NCBI GenBank assembly: GCA_040285825.1
Contig: JAUPSS010000004.1
Coordinates: forward strand, 1,426,001-1,490,000
From: Eukaryota sp. TZLM1-RC
Lineage: Eukaryota > Protista > Metamonada: BaSk clade
Direction of reading: 5' to 3'
DNA length: 64,000 nt
Shown: positions 9,970 through 21,418 of the stretch, piece by piece
Position numbering within the stretch: the first letter of the stretch is position 1
Layout of the letters: each line of letters begins with the position of its first letter
Position numbers and translations under genes: made by a program
The notes under the pieces: generated by a model
Told to the model about the DNA's origin: nothing
The model's database searches: none
The model's input: the letters and a program-made list of their open reading frames with translations, nothing else

Positions 9970-10517
9970 ATAACATAACAAAATTCAAACCTACACACGC
10001 TACATTTAGGAAAACCTGGGAGAAACTTAGGAAAACCTTTAAAAAGAATTGAGTGTATTGCGAAAGGAGGTCATGGGATGGGGCAAGAAACTCATCAGGC
10101 CCATTTATTCTTGTACTTTTGGAAGAAGTTTCGTCTTTGCCGAATTTTGTGGTGGATTTTTTCGGAAATTTTGAGAGAAGTTCACCGATAGATCGGATCA
10201 TAGACGCGTGTGTTACAAAATAGTCCAACAAATACCGAAAGTTATTTTCTTCATTAGAGTTTCTATTCATTAGAAATTCATTGGAAAGAGATTACAGAAA
10301 TTATTTCAGCTTCAACAGTTGAGTGTAATAAGAGCCATGAAACTTATGATCGCTTGTATTTTTACAGGTTGCCTGTTGATAGCGTGCTGTGTGTGCTCAG
10401 TTTTTATTCATTTATTTTTGTTTTTTTGCAAATGAATAAATATGAGTTTTGAGTTATCACACAATGTTTTTTAGTTTAATCATTTAATAAGGAATATGAA
10501 AAACATAAAATACACAA

Positions 10518-12130
10518 TTAAAACTCCACATCCTCAAAATCTGCCTCCCCTACTTCAAAACAATTAATTGCCAAAGATTCAGAAAATTTCCCAAAATAAG
10601 ATAGTGAATCCAAAATTAGTTTTACCATTCCCTTAAAAATAAAAAATACAATCCTATTGTGCCAGTAAACACGATTGAAAATTATTCCAGTTCTTTCCTT
10701 TACAACTACAACAAAATTCTCAAGGAAAGCCTTAGTAGCCTTACCTAGAGATCCAAGCAAAGAAAAAACAAAGGGACATAAATTATATTGAGCATGAGAA
10801 TTTTCATTTGCGGAGGAAATGGGTTTCGCATATTTAGCAAATTTATATTTTTCGCCTGCAAGAAAAGGTTTATTTACATCTGAGTTAATGAGATGTTCGT
10901 TAGAGGAATTACAAGGGTCAATGGTCATGACGTCTAAAATAGTAAAACTACCATTTAAGCCAGGAACAACCAGATCTCCTCTTGTCAGACCCATAGAAGC
11001 TTTGAAAACTAAGACCCTTGTCAAAATTCCCCATTAAATTGTTCAACTAGGAATAAATTTCCTCCAAATTACCTGGCAAACATCCAAGAAATTTGAACGC
11101 TTGTTGATCATGATTTACAAAAGAAATCTGGACACCATCAATCAATAAAGATTGTTTTGTTCTACCAATCAAGAGACATTGAGATGGATTCAAAGCTAAT
11201 TCAATTTCTTTGAATTTCGCAGCAATGTCTTCAGAAAGTCTACAAATGTTTTCATCAGAACCACTAATAAAAAAACATCCATATTAGCAACAATATGCAA
11301 TTCAGGAAGTTTTTTCGGGTGATTCTAATTATATTATGGATGGTCAAACAAACAGGCGATGGTCCAAGAGGATCACCTTGTTTCACCCCAGAAGAAGCCT
11401 CAAGAGTAAAGGTGTCAAAAATTAATCACACGTTTTTATATAAAATAAATAAAAATCTGCTGAAAGTTCAGGTACGTGTTGAAGAGGGACATCATACTTA
11501 CAGGAACGCTTCACTGAGTTAAAAGCATTTTTGAAATCCAAATTAAAAATATATTGATGTTGCTGGCTATCGAAAAAATCATCTGAAGTTATTGCGGCAA
11601 CTGAAGCAACTTCAATTGTTTTAAGGCCAAATTGGAAAGGCTTGGAAAAATCTTTGGCTTTAGTAGAATTTCTATTAAAAATAAGAGAAGGAAGCAATCA
11701 GGTTCAAGACTCTCCAATAGCAATTGGTCTAATTCCAACAGTTTTGTTTCTTTTTCTAAGTTTAACTAAAGCAACTGAATAGACAGCACTCAATTCAGGA
11801 GGAGAAACACAATTCAAACACATTAAATTTTGAAAATAACTTGAAATTTTCTAGTCAATATTGGCATAATGAGGGCTTAATGGGGCATAAATTTTCAGTT
11901 GGATGAAAGAGTTTCTGTTATTAACAGTGTCAAGGTTTTTATCTGCCAATTTTTTTGAAACAATATTTTTTAAACCGCTTCGATATCTATCTCTCAGGAA
12001 AAATTTTCGTGTTTGAAAAGTCGACTTAGATTTCTTTTGTTTTGGTCTGAAACCAATTTTCTTTTTATTGTTTTTGGTAAAGAAATTACAAAAATGTTTG
12101 TTATGTTCCATTTGTTTAATTCCAATTGGG
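10518..12130 (-). mobile_element. Decayed, internally deleted CRE-like non-LTR retrotransposon
   Basis: GIRPIAIGES, FQFG, LDFKNAFNSVKR and GVKQGDPLGP RT motifs; RGDLVVPG...DV...K..KY...PFVFSLLGSLG RLE motifs. Confidence 0.85.
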
Positions 12131-12224
12131 AGGGAAAAAATGTACTTTTATAAACACAATACCGGAACTGGCAGGAATCACTTCTACAGGAATTTTAACA
12201 GCTGCACGAAGCGAATCACTTGTT

Positions 12225-13657
12225 TGACAATCAAAACAAAACAAGAGAGGACGACCATTTGAAGTAACTGACGAGAATTTAGTTGATAATATATTTCCAG
12301 TGGATATTCATTTTCTTGCAGACGCTGTTGAAAAAGATAATCAAATATTCCTAAAACCAGCAATTACAATTGCCCAATATATCTCCAGTAGAGAGAAAAG
12401 ACCTTATCATATTTCTTCTGTTTCAACCAATGTGGGTCCAGGATATTTTCCCATTGATACAAGAACAATATGGACAATAATTAGACAAACATTGATGGAC
12501 GATTTGTTGCCTGATCAGAGATTAAAAATGGTTAATACACAAGCCCAAGTTTATAGATTCAAACCACCTGAGCAATTTGATTTTTGGTCCAATATTCTCG
12601 ATTTAAACCAACCAATGTTCAAACAGAATAGCTATATATTCAACAACATTATCCACACAGATGGATTTAATATTGCAGTAGAATTTGTTCGTCGGGACTT
12701 ACAAGGTCAGAAATGTAAGCCAGACAACAAGGCCAGTGTTTCTGATATATATTGATGACGTTGATGTTGATGCTTTTCAAGACAAAAGAATTGTTGTTTG
12801 TGATCCTGGAAAACGTGATTTATTGTATTTTGGGAGTAAAAAAACTGATAAAGAACTAGCCATGGTTCCTGAACATGAAACTGAACAGCAAAGAAATAGT
12901 CGGGTGATGAATCAAGACAAAAAGTACAAATGGTTGAGAATGACTCAAATGTCTTGGTCTTTGAATAGTAGAATGAATGAAAAACAAAGAAAATGGGCGA
13001 CCCGGAATACTTATGCAGAGGAGAACGTGAACCAAACAATCGAAGATGCAAACACCGAATTGTCATCGTTTGCAGCCAACTCAGCAACTTTTGTAGACTT
13101 TTCAAACTTTGTGGTTGCCAAACTTCGCCAAGTTTTTTTTGACAAATGACTTTTACAGTCTTGACTTGTGGAGCATTCATAAAATGCAAGCTTATATTCA
13201 CAAGCAAAAGACTGAAAGTTGGTTGTTAAAAAACCTTGTTCAACAGTTTGGCAATCCAAAAGACACTTTAATTCTAATGGGTGATTATGGTAAAAACGGT
13301 TCCAAAAATTTGAAACATCAACGACCTACTAGAGGAATTGGATGGATTCAATTTCTGAAAAGAAGTGGATTTGAAGTATTGATGATTAATGAAGCTTTCA
13401 CTTCAGCAAAATGTCCTGTTTGTTTTGAAAAGGTTGCTACGTTTTTGAGAGTAACAAATCCCAGATTGCTTAGAGGAGAAAAGTCTCCTGTTATTACATG
13501 TCATGGTTTATTAGCTTGTAATAGTGAGAGTTGCAAACTCAGTAACAAAGGCTCAACAAAGCTTTTCAATAGAAATAAGCTGGCTTGTCTGAATATGTTT
13601 GCAATTGCTGAAGCTAGAATGAGTGGTAATGAAAGGCCTCAGTATCTGTGTAGATAG
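12225..13657 (+). pseudogene. Fanzor (eukaryotic TnpB-like, Fanzor1-type) gene, 5'-truncated, two frameshifts
   Basis: PGYFPIDT, FNNIIHTDG, RuvC-I IVVCDPGKRDL, ILMGDY, INEAFTSAKCPVC...HGLLAC...C zinc finger, RuvC-III NRNKLACLNM and C-terminal RPQYL; frameshifts near 12750 and at the T-run near 13135. Confidence 0.9.
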
Positions 13658-13730
13658 TTTTAGTAATTATTCCACACAAAAATTGATCGTGTATTTATGG
13701 GAATTTCCCCATTCATTCATTCTCAGTAGA
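13590..13730 (+). ncRNA. Putative Fanzor omegaRNA (scaffold to ~13713, then flank-derived guide)
   Basis: The 3' ORF end plus ~56 nt of non-coding tail is conserved in two other copies (28166-28291, 34091-34218) and ends at a terminal hairpin ATGGG-N6-CCCAT; the position matches the known TnpB/Fanzor omegaRNA layout. Confidence 0.65.
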
Positions 13731-13768
13731 TCATCTTTAATGACTTTTAGTAACACGTATTGCACGGA

Positions 13769-14236
13769 ATGGATCTAGTCACTATTTTTGCTGGCTTTCT
13801 TTTCTTGGTAGGTTCCATATTGTTCCTTCCGTTATTTCCTCCCTTCTACATTATGCTGGGAGCTTCCTGCTTCCTGCTTGGCTCATTCGTTGTTTTTTTC
13901 ATGTCCCGGTCTAACCCTAACTTAGTTGCTTTCACCTCCTCTTTCGCATATGTTCTGGGTAGTTTATTGTTTTTCTCACCCTCAACGGATTGGATCGGGT
14001 CCATCGTTTTTGCATTGGGTTGTGTGATCTCTATTTTAGCTTTAGATTCTAAGGTTTCTATAGCTTTTATTTGTAATTTCTGTTTTATTGTAGGTTGTTT
14101 ATTGTTTTTAATCAATGGTGCTGTTTTTTATTATTTAGCTATTGGGTTTTTTATCATTGGAAGTTTTCTACTACTGCTTACTGGATATCAAGATTCTAAA
14201 CCGCTTGTTATCTCTGTTTCAACCCACTTAATCTAA
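13769..14236 (+). CDS. Small multi-pass membrane protein with YrhK-like repeats
   Basis: Repeated FLxGSxLF hydrophobic helices (FLFLVGSILFL, YVLGSLLFF, FIVGCLLFL); ATG at 13769. Confidence 0.7.
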   Translation: MDLVTIFAGFLFLVGSILFLPLFPPFYIMLGASCFLLGSFVVFFMSRSNPNLVAFTSSFAYVLGSLLFFSPSTDWIGSIVFALGCVISILALDSKVSIAFICNFCFIVGCLLFLINGAVFYYLAIGFFIIGSFLLLLTGYQDSKPLVISVSTHLI

Positions 14237-14313
14237 GTTTGACACCTCAAAGTGACACGTGGCTCTGTTTCAACCCACTTAATCTAAGTTTGACACCTCA
14301 AAGTGACACGTGG
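14212..14313 (+). repeat. Perfect 51-bp tandem duplication spanning the stop codon of the membrane-protein gene
   Basis: CTCTGTTTCAACCC...GACACGTGG occurs twice (14212-14262, 14263-14313). Confidence 0.95.
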
Positions 14314-14737
14314 CAGTGGTTAATGCAATTTGTTGTTTTGAGCAGTTCAAGGAATCACAAGTGATATTTGTTTCATTAGACTTTAGGTACTGAAATTCTG
14401 TTTGAAACCGAACTTCAGTCTCTTGCAGAACATCTTGGTGACATGATTTTTAAACATACACCGTGCACGATTCATGTTGATAACATTTCCTGCTGAATTA
14501 ATTATAAAACTTCCAATTGATATACAAAACGAAGAAATAAAGTGTAATAAAGCAGATCTGTTTACTATTGTCAACTATTATCGCAATAATGGGATCAGAA
14601 TAATCAGCAAATAGTCATGTATCCACTGATATTGATCATGCATTGGTTGAGAGGCTTCTCTTACCAATGTTAGTAAATGATGCCTACTAACTCTTTCATA
14701 ACGAAATACCACCAACTCAACCCATTTCTCAGACCAA

Positions 14738-15281
14738 ATGGCACATCCCTGGCAAAGAACTGCTGCTAAATACTACGAAAAGTCTCCACCTCCTCCTGGT
14801 GGAGAGCCTGATCGTCTTCAGCCAGATGTAGTCCCTCGCCCAGAAGACCTGGAAGGAGACGAGGCTCCATCCATGTCCTATGGACTAGATACTGGTTGGA
14901 CAGACGCTGACATGAGGGTCGGACCAGAGGTCCATAACATTGAGTTCTACCCAGGAGGTAAGATTCTTCCAGGCGGAGCAGGTAGATCACCAGCTGGGGG
15001 ATGTTATGTAGATACAGATACTGGAGAGGTAAGTTTGGTTCATTTCTAATTTCAGGTTTGGTTTTCCCTTTTCCTACTCATCTCAGATTTTTGAATATGA
15101 GGCTGACCGATACGAAGACAAGGATACAGCTGGAGATTGGGAGGCTACTAGAATAGAAACCACCACACAGGAGTACATGCCTGGGCAGCTTTTGCCTGCC
15201 GATTTGGCAAAGAAAATGGGTACAAGTAGAGCACCAAAGGGACAACATGTATTTAAGAGAGGTGTACATAGTAATAAGTAA
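14738..15281 (+). CDS. Hypothetical ~161-aa protein; exons 14738-15028 and 15087-15281
   Basis: Removing 15029-15086 joins VDTDTGE to IFEYEADRYEDKD...GVHSNK*; GC-richer coding-like composition; function not recognised. Confidence 0.75.
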
Positions 15282-15431
15282 ATAGGTTTTATTTTAAGAT
15301 ATTTTTACAAGGAAACAAACCTAATACTCCTTTCTTGAAGCTACCAAAAGTTTAGTTTAGGGTAGAGAATAAACATACGGATTTTCCAGCAATGAGGGTT
15401 ATCGGTGGACGATAATTTTGTCTCTAACATG

Positions 15432-15787
15432 AATCTAGCTACTAAAGGTAATAAACTGCTTACAATTCAACAAATGGGTGGATGTAATTTTTTGACTATA
15501 TTTACAAACTAAATGATGAGGAAAATTATCAGGCCAGATAAAGGAACGTAGTCTCATATTCAGAGTCCAGTCAGAATCAGATAAGAGTGTTCTGAACATC
15601 TGAGGAATGGTTGGAATTGAAGCAGAAGATGAACTATAAAACATATCCCGTAAAAAATTTGCATAAGTTTTTTCAAAAGTTAATTTATTACTTTCAAGAA
15701 ACTAAACTTTTTTTAGCTGGAATTTTAAACACAAACTAGACACAAAAATTAAAATTCGAAATCTTGATGTTTGCAAAAGCAGGGTTC
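15432..15787 (-). mobile_element. CRE-like fragment
   Basis: LNMRLRSFIWPDNFPHHLVCK...HLLNCKQFITF matches the zinc-knuckle region of the other copies. Confidence 0.7.
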
Positions 15788-15931
15788 TGTTGCTGTTACT
15801 GATAAGCTAGGCTGGTAAACAGATGAGAAATTCACATGATGACGTGGCAATTGTTCAGGAACAAGTATCGTTATTAAAAAACTCTTTTGGTTCCGTCTTC
15901 AATTCTTTGGTATTTCTACCACACAGCAACA
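15788..15931 (+). mobile_element. Isolated LTR (family 3), 144 bp
   Basis: TGTTGCTGT...ACAGCAACA 9-bp terminal inverted repeat; homologous to 24507-24647; no clear TSD. Confidence 0.7.
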
Positions 15932-16633
15932 TCACTAGATCGTGTTTCAATTGTTTGCCTTTACCATTTCTAAAGTGCGACAGAGATAAATGAACATTTC
16001 TATATATTTAGAGTTTCGGTTCCAATGAGTGTACTGTTCCTGAGCGCATTAAAAGAAGGATTACTGAGTTTTTTTCAACTAACGGAGAGTTTCAAAGAAC
16101 CACGGTATTCGGCACCGAAATGTTCAGGTATCTTTTAAGGAAAGTTCTTGGGCTGTCTGTGACAGAAGTCACAGATGGCATAATGGTGTTCTCTCCAATA
16201 TTTCATTTCTTTATAAGCAATATTAGTTGAAACTTAACCAATTCCTAAACTGATCACTTTTGATGGAATTTGTATTGTTGCTTCATTATTTTGGATTTCC
16301 ATAAAGTTAATCTACATCGCTAAAAATGTCGTACGCTCGCACATAATTTCTCTCATCTGCCACTGTTTTGTGGAAATGATTCTAAACATTGATAATCTCT
16401 TGTATTATGTAGTAGGACATCAATATAAAACTACCTCTGTATATCAAACACCACAATCACTTAAGAATATTCCAATGTTTCCACGGCATAAGCGCTGATT
16501 TTGCATTATAGAATTGAAACATCAACAACATTACCATTTGTTCAAAGGTTTGATGACTCCATTGACAGTTAGAAAAATAACACATCCCACAGTTGAGCCG
16601 CATCACTTATTGTATCGATTTTTCTTCTGATGT

Positions 16634-19600
16634 TTTGTGAACACCCAGGTACTGATGATTGTTTGGGGGCTTTTAGCTTATATAAATAATATGTATTTAT
16701 TGAATTTGCACACTTAATCAAATTAACTCATAACTAATGGGACGACTATCATTGAACCAAGATTTCATCTACAAAATCTTGATCTGCTTGCTGTCTGGCT
16801 AAAGCTGCTCTTATTCGATTGAAAAACCGTGGTAATCTATTAATAATGGCAAATTGAATCCGTGAACGCCATAAAAAAATATCAAATCTTTTCATTGTTT
16901 TTTCTTGTACCATTTTTTGGAACTCATTCAAAAAAGTTTCTGCTTCAACTGATAATCTTCCATTTATCGAAAATGGGAAAGCAATAAGAACCAGCTGTGT
17001 ATTTCTATCGACATTAGCCTCTTCAATATCTTTATCATATTTTCTATGTTTCTCTTTTGCTTTAAATATAGAGCAGCCACAGGATTAAGTTTTCTTCTGT
17101 AAACCAAAGTATCATTTGCAACATTACATGAGACAAAGTCAACAATAGCTTCAGAATTATCAATCCAATCACAGTATACATGATTGTTTTCGATTTCACT
17201 CAACCCTATTTTATGATTTAATTTAACTCAGCAATCATATTCAGAGCTCAAATTCAGAATGAATTACTAGTTATTTTGATGATGAAGGAAATTGAACTCG
17301 ATTCAATTTCTTCTTTAGATCTAGAAAAACATATTATGTTTTTCATGCTTAAAATTTGTTATACTGGGAGAATAACCCACATAGATATTTCTCGTTCATT
17401 TAATTCATTGAGAACAGAATTTTTTGCTGATTTATTGGATGTAGATCCAGGAATGTTGAAAATTAACTTATTATTTTCAGCAAATTCGGGTGGTATTCGA
17501 TTCAATAAATCTTCTATTTTGTGTCAATCAGCTCTTTTGGGTGGATGCAAGATTTTTTTATGAATTTTCTCGTAGATTTCCTGATGATTCTCATATGTTA
17601 GTTCCCAATTGCAGTCCCTATTTGTATGAGTTATCTTGTGAACTTGAAAAATTGCCACCACAAATTTGGACCAAAATGTATTTGTGAACACCCAGGTATT
17701 GATGATTGTTTGGGGCTTTTAGCTTATATGAATAATATGTATTTATTGAATTTGCACACTTAATCAAATTAACTCATAACTAATGGGACGACTATCATTG
17801 AACCAAGATTTCATCTACAAAATCTTGATCTGCTTGCTGTCTGGCTAAAGCTGCTCTGATTCGATTGAAAAACCGTGGTAATCTATTAATAATGGCAAAT
17901 TGAATCCGTGAACGCCATAAAAAAATATCAAATCTTTTCATTGTTTTTTCTTGCACCATTTTTTGGAAGTCATTCAAAAAAGTTTCTGCTTCAACTGATG
18001 ATCTTCCATTTATCGAAAATGGGAAAGCAATAAAAACCAGCTGTTTATTTCTATCGACATTAGCCTCTTCAATATCTTTATCATATTTTCTATGTTTCTC
18101 TTTTGCTTTAAATATAGAGCAGCCACAGGATTAAGTTTTCTTCTGTAAACCAAAGTATCATTTGCAACATTACATGAGACAAAGTCAACAATAGCTTCAG
18201 AATTATCAATCCAATCACAGTATACATGATTGTTTTCGATTTCACTCAACCCTATTTTATGATTTAATTTAACTCAGCAATCATATTCAGAGCTCAAATT
18301 CAGAATGAATTACTAGTTATTTTGATGATGAAGGAAATTGAACTCGATTCAATTTCTTCTTTAGATCTAGAAAAACATATTATGATTTTCATGCTTAAAA
18401 TTTGTTATACTGGGAGAATAACCCACATAGATATTTCTCGTTCATTTAATTCATTGAGAACAGATTTTTTTGCTGATTTATTGGATGTAGATCCAGGAAT
18501 GTTGAAAATTAACTTATTATTTTCAGCAAATTCGGGTGGTATTCGATTCAATAAATCTTCTATTTTGTGTCAATCAGCTCTTTTGGGTGGATGCAAGATT
18601 ATTTTATGAATTTTCTCGTAGACTTCCTGATGATTCTCATATGTTAGTTCCCAATTGCAGTCCCTATTTGTATGAGTTATCTTGTGAACTTGAAAAATTG
18701 CCACCACAAATTTGGACCAAAATGTATTTGTGAACACCCAGGTATTGATGATTGTTTGGGGGCTTTTAGCTTATATGAATAATATGTATTTATTGAATTT
18801 GCACACTTAATCAAATTAACTCATAACTAATGGGACGACTATCATTGAACCAAGATTTCATCTACAAAATCTTGATCTGCTTGCTGTCTGGCTAAAGCTG
18901 CTCTGATTCTATTGAAAAACCGTGGTAATCTATTAATAATGGCAAATTGAATCCGTGAACGCCATAAAAAAATATCAAATCTTTTCATTGTTTTTTCTTG
19001 TACCATTTTTTGGAACTCATTCAAAAAAGTTTCTGCTTCAACTGATAATCTTCCATTTATCGAAAATGGGAAAGCAATAAGAACCAGCTGTGTATTTCTA
19101 TCAACATTAGCCTCTTCAATATCTTTATCATATTTTCTATGTTTCTCTTTTGCTTTAAATATAGAGCAGCCACAGGATTAAGTTTTCCTCTGTAAACCAA
19201 AGTATCATTTGCAACATTACATGAGACAAAGTCAACAATAGCTTCAGAATTATCAATCCAATCACAGTATACATGATTGTTTTCGATTTCACTCAACCCT
19301 ATTTTATGATTTAATTTAACTCAGCAATCATATTCAGAGCTCAAATTCAGAATGAATTACTAGTTATTTTGATGATGAAGGAAATTGAACTCGATTCAAT
19401 TTCTTCTTTAGATCTAGAAAAACATATTATGTTTTTCATGCTTAAAATTTGTTATACTGGGAGAATAACCCACATAGATATTTCTCGTTCATTTAATTCA
19501 TTGAGAACAGAATTTTTTGCTGATTTATTGGATGTAGATCCAGGAATGTTGAAAATTAACTTACTATTTTCAGCAAATTCGGGTGGTATTCGATTCAATA

Positions 19601-20819
19601 AATCTTCTATTTTGTGTCAATCAGCTCTTTTGGGTGGATGCAAGATTTTTTTATGAATTTTCTCGTAGATTTCCTGATGATTCTCATATGTTAGTTCCCA
19701 ATTGCAGTCCCTATTTGTATGAGTTATCTTGTGAACTTGAAAAATTGCCACCACAAATTTGGACCAAAATGTATTTGTGAACACCCAGGTATTGATGATT
19801 GTTTGGGGGCTTTTAGCTTATATGAATAATATGTATTTATTGAATTTGCACACTTAATCAAATTAACTCATAACTAATGGGACGACTATCATTGAACCAA
19901 GATTTCATCTACAAAATCTTGATCTGCTTGCTGTCTGGCTAAAGCTGCTCTGATTCGATTGAAAAACCGTGGTAATCTATTAATAATGGCAAATTGAATC
20001 CGTGAACGCCATAAAAAAATATCAAATCTTTTCATTGTTTTTTCTTGCACCATTTTTTGGAACTCATTCAAAAAAGTTTCTGCTTCAACTGATAATCTTC
20101 CATTTATCGAAAATGGGAAAGCAATAAGAACCAGCTGTGTATTTCTATCGACATTAGCCTCTTCAATATCTTTATCATATTTTCTATGTTTCTCTTTTGC
20201 TTTAAATATAGAGCAGCCACAGGATTAAGTTTTCTTCTGTAAACCAAAGTATCATTTGCAACATTACATGAGACAAAGTCAACAATAGCTTCAGAATTAT
20301 CAATCCAATCACAGTATACATGATTGTTTTCGATTTCACTCAACCCTATTTTATGATTTAATTTAACTCAGCAATCATATTCAGAGCTCAAATTCAGAAT
20401 GAATTACTAGTTATTTTGATGATGAAGGAAATTGAACTCGATTCAATTTCTTCTTTAGATCTAGAAAAACATATTATGTTTTTCATGCTTAAAATTTGTT
20501 ATATTGGGAGAATAACCCACATAGATATTTCTCGTTCATTTAATTCATTGAGAACAGAATTTTTTGCTGATTTATTGGATGTAGATCCAGGAATGTTGAA
20601 AATTAACTTATTATTTTCAGCAAATTCGGGTGGTATTCGATTCAATAAATCTTCTATTTTGTGTCAATCAACTCTTTTGGGTGGATGCAAGATTTTTTTA
20701 TGAATTTTCTCGTAGATTTCCTGATGATTCTCATATGTTAGTTCCCAATTGCAGTCCCTATTTGTATGAGTTATCTTGTGAACTTGAAAAATTGCCACCA
20801 CAAATTTGGACCAAAATGT
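16634..20819. repeat. Four tandem ~1047-bp units, each joining the 3' RLE end of one non-LTR family (minus) to a thumb-domain fragment of the CRE-like family (plus)
   Basis: Units start at 16634, 17681, 18727 and 19774; near-identical ORF sets repeat with this period; the plus-strand CRE sequence continues uniquely after 20819. Confidence 0.95.
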
Positions 20820-21418
20820 CTTCCCCAATCAATTCAAGAAATTTCAAGCAGATCTCTTTTTCATTTGCAGTTTTGCTGTAAAAAGTTTCAACAAAAATTG
20901 TCAAAGATTTTGGAAAACCAAAATCCTCAAAAATTTTAATTATTTCATCTGTATTTTCAAACCTGTTTTTCAAATAGTCATTGTCATTATATTTTCAATT
21001 ACATTCCACATTTTCATTTGGTTGGCAAAATTTGAATATTTTATCCAGGATTGAATACCTAAAGTTCATTTTTAAACAATAAAATCGGTTTTATTCATAA
21101 AAACAGTTATTTGCTAATTGTTGTAGTGTGATTGGAAAATGGAAATTATAATTTGTACTCGAACAAATCATTTAAAAAGCACCACCACTTGATAATGATA
21201 TGGTGGAGTCTTACAATAAGATACTTTTTAATTCATTATTTCCGATTGCCTAGAAAATTTCTTAAACTAAAAAAAGAAAAAATATATAAAAATATCTAAA
21301 ACATAGAATAAATTTAATATCAAATGATTTTAGTGCCTTTCAATTTAAAGAAACGAAATTAAATTATTTTAAGCAACACAGTACCTTTTTTATAGAAAAA
21401 TGCTTTTTGTTTTTGATA

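Noticed and set aside
13695-13716. Helitron 3' end for the Fanzor carrier
   Set aside because: A hairpin is present but there is no conserved CTRR terminus downstream in the three copies; the carrier type remains undetermined
16380-16630. Rab-like pseudogene on the minus strand (QLWD, VIVVFDI)
   Set aside because: The motif fragments are in inconsistent frames and too short to support a call
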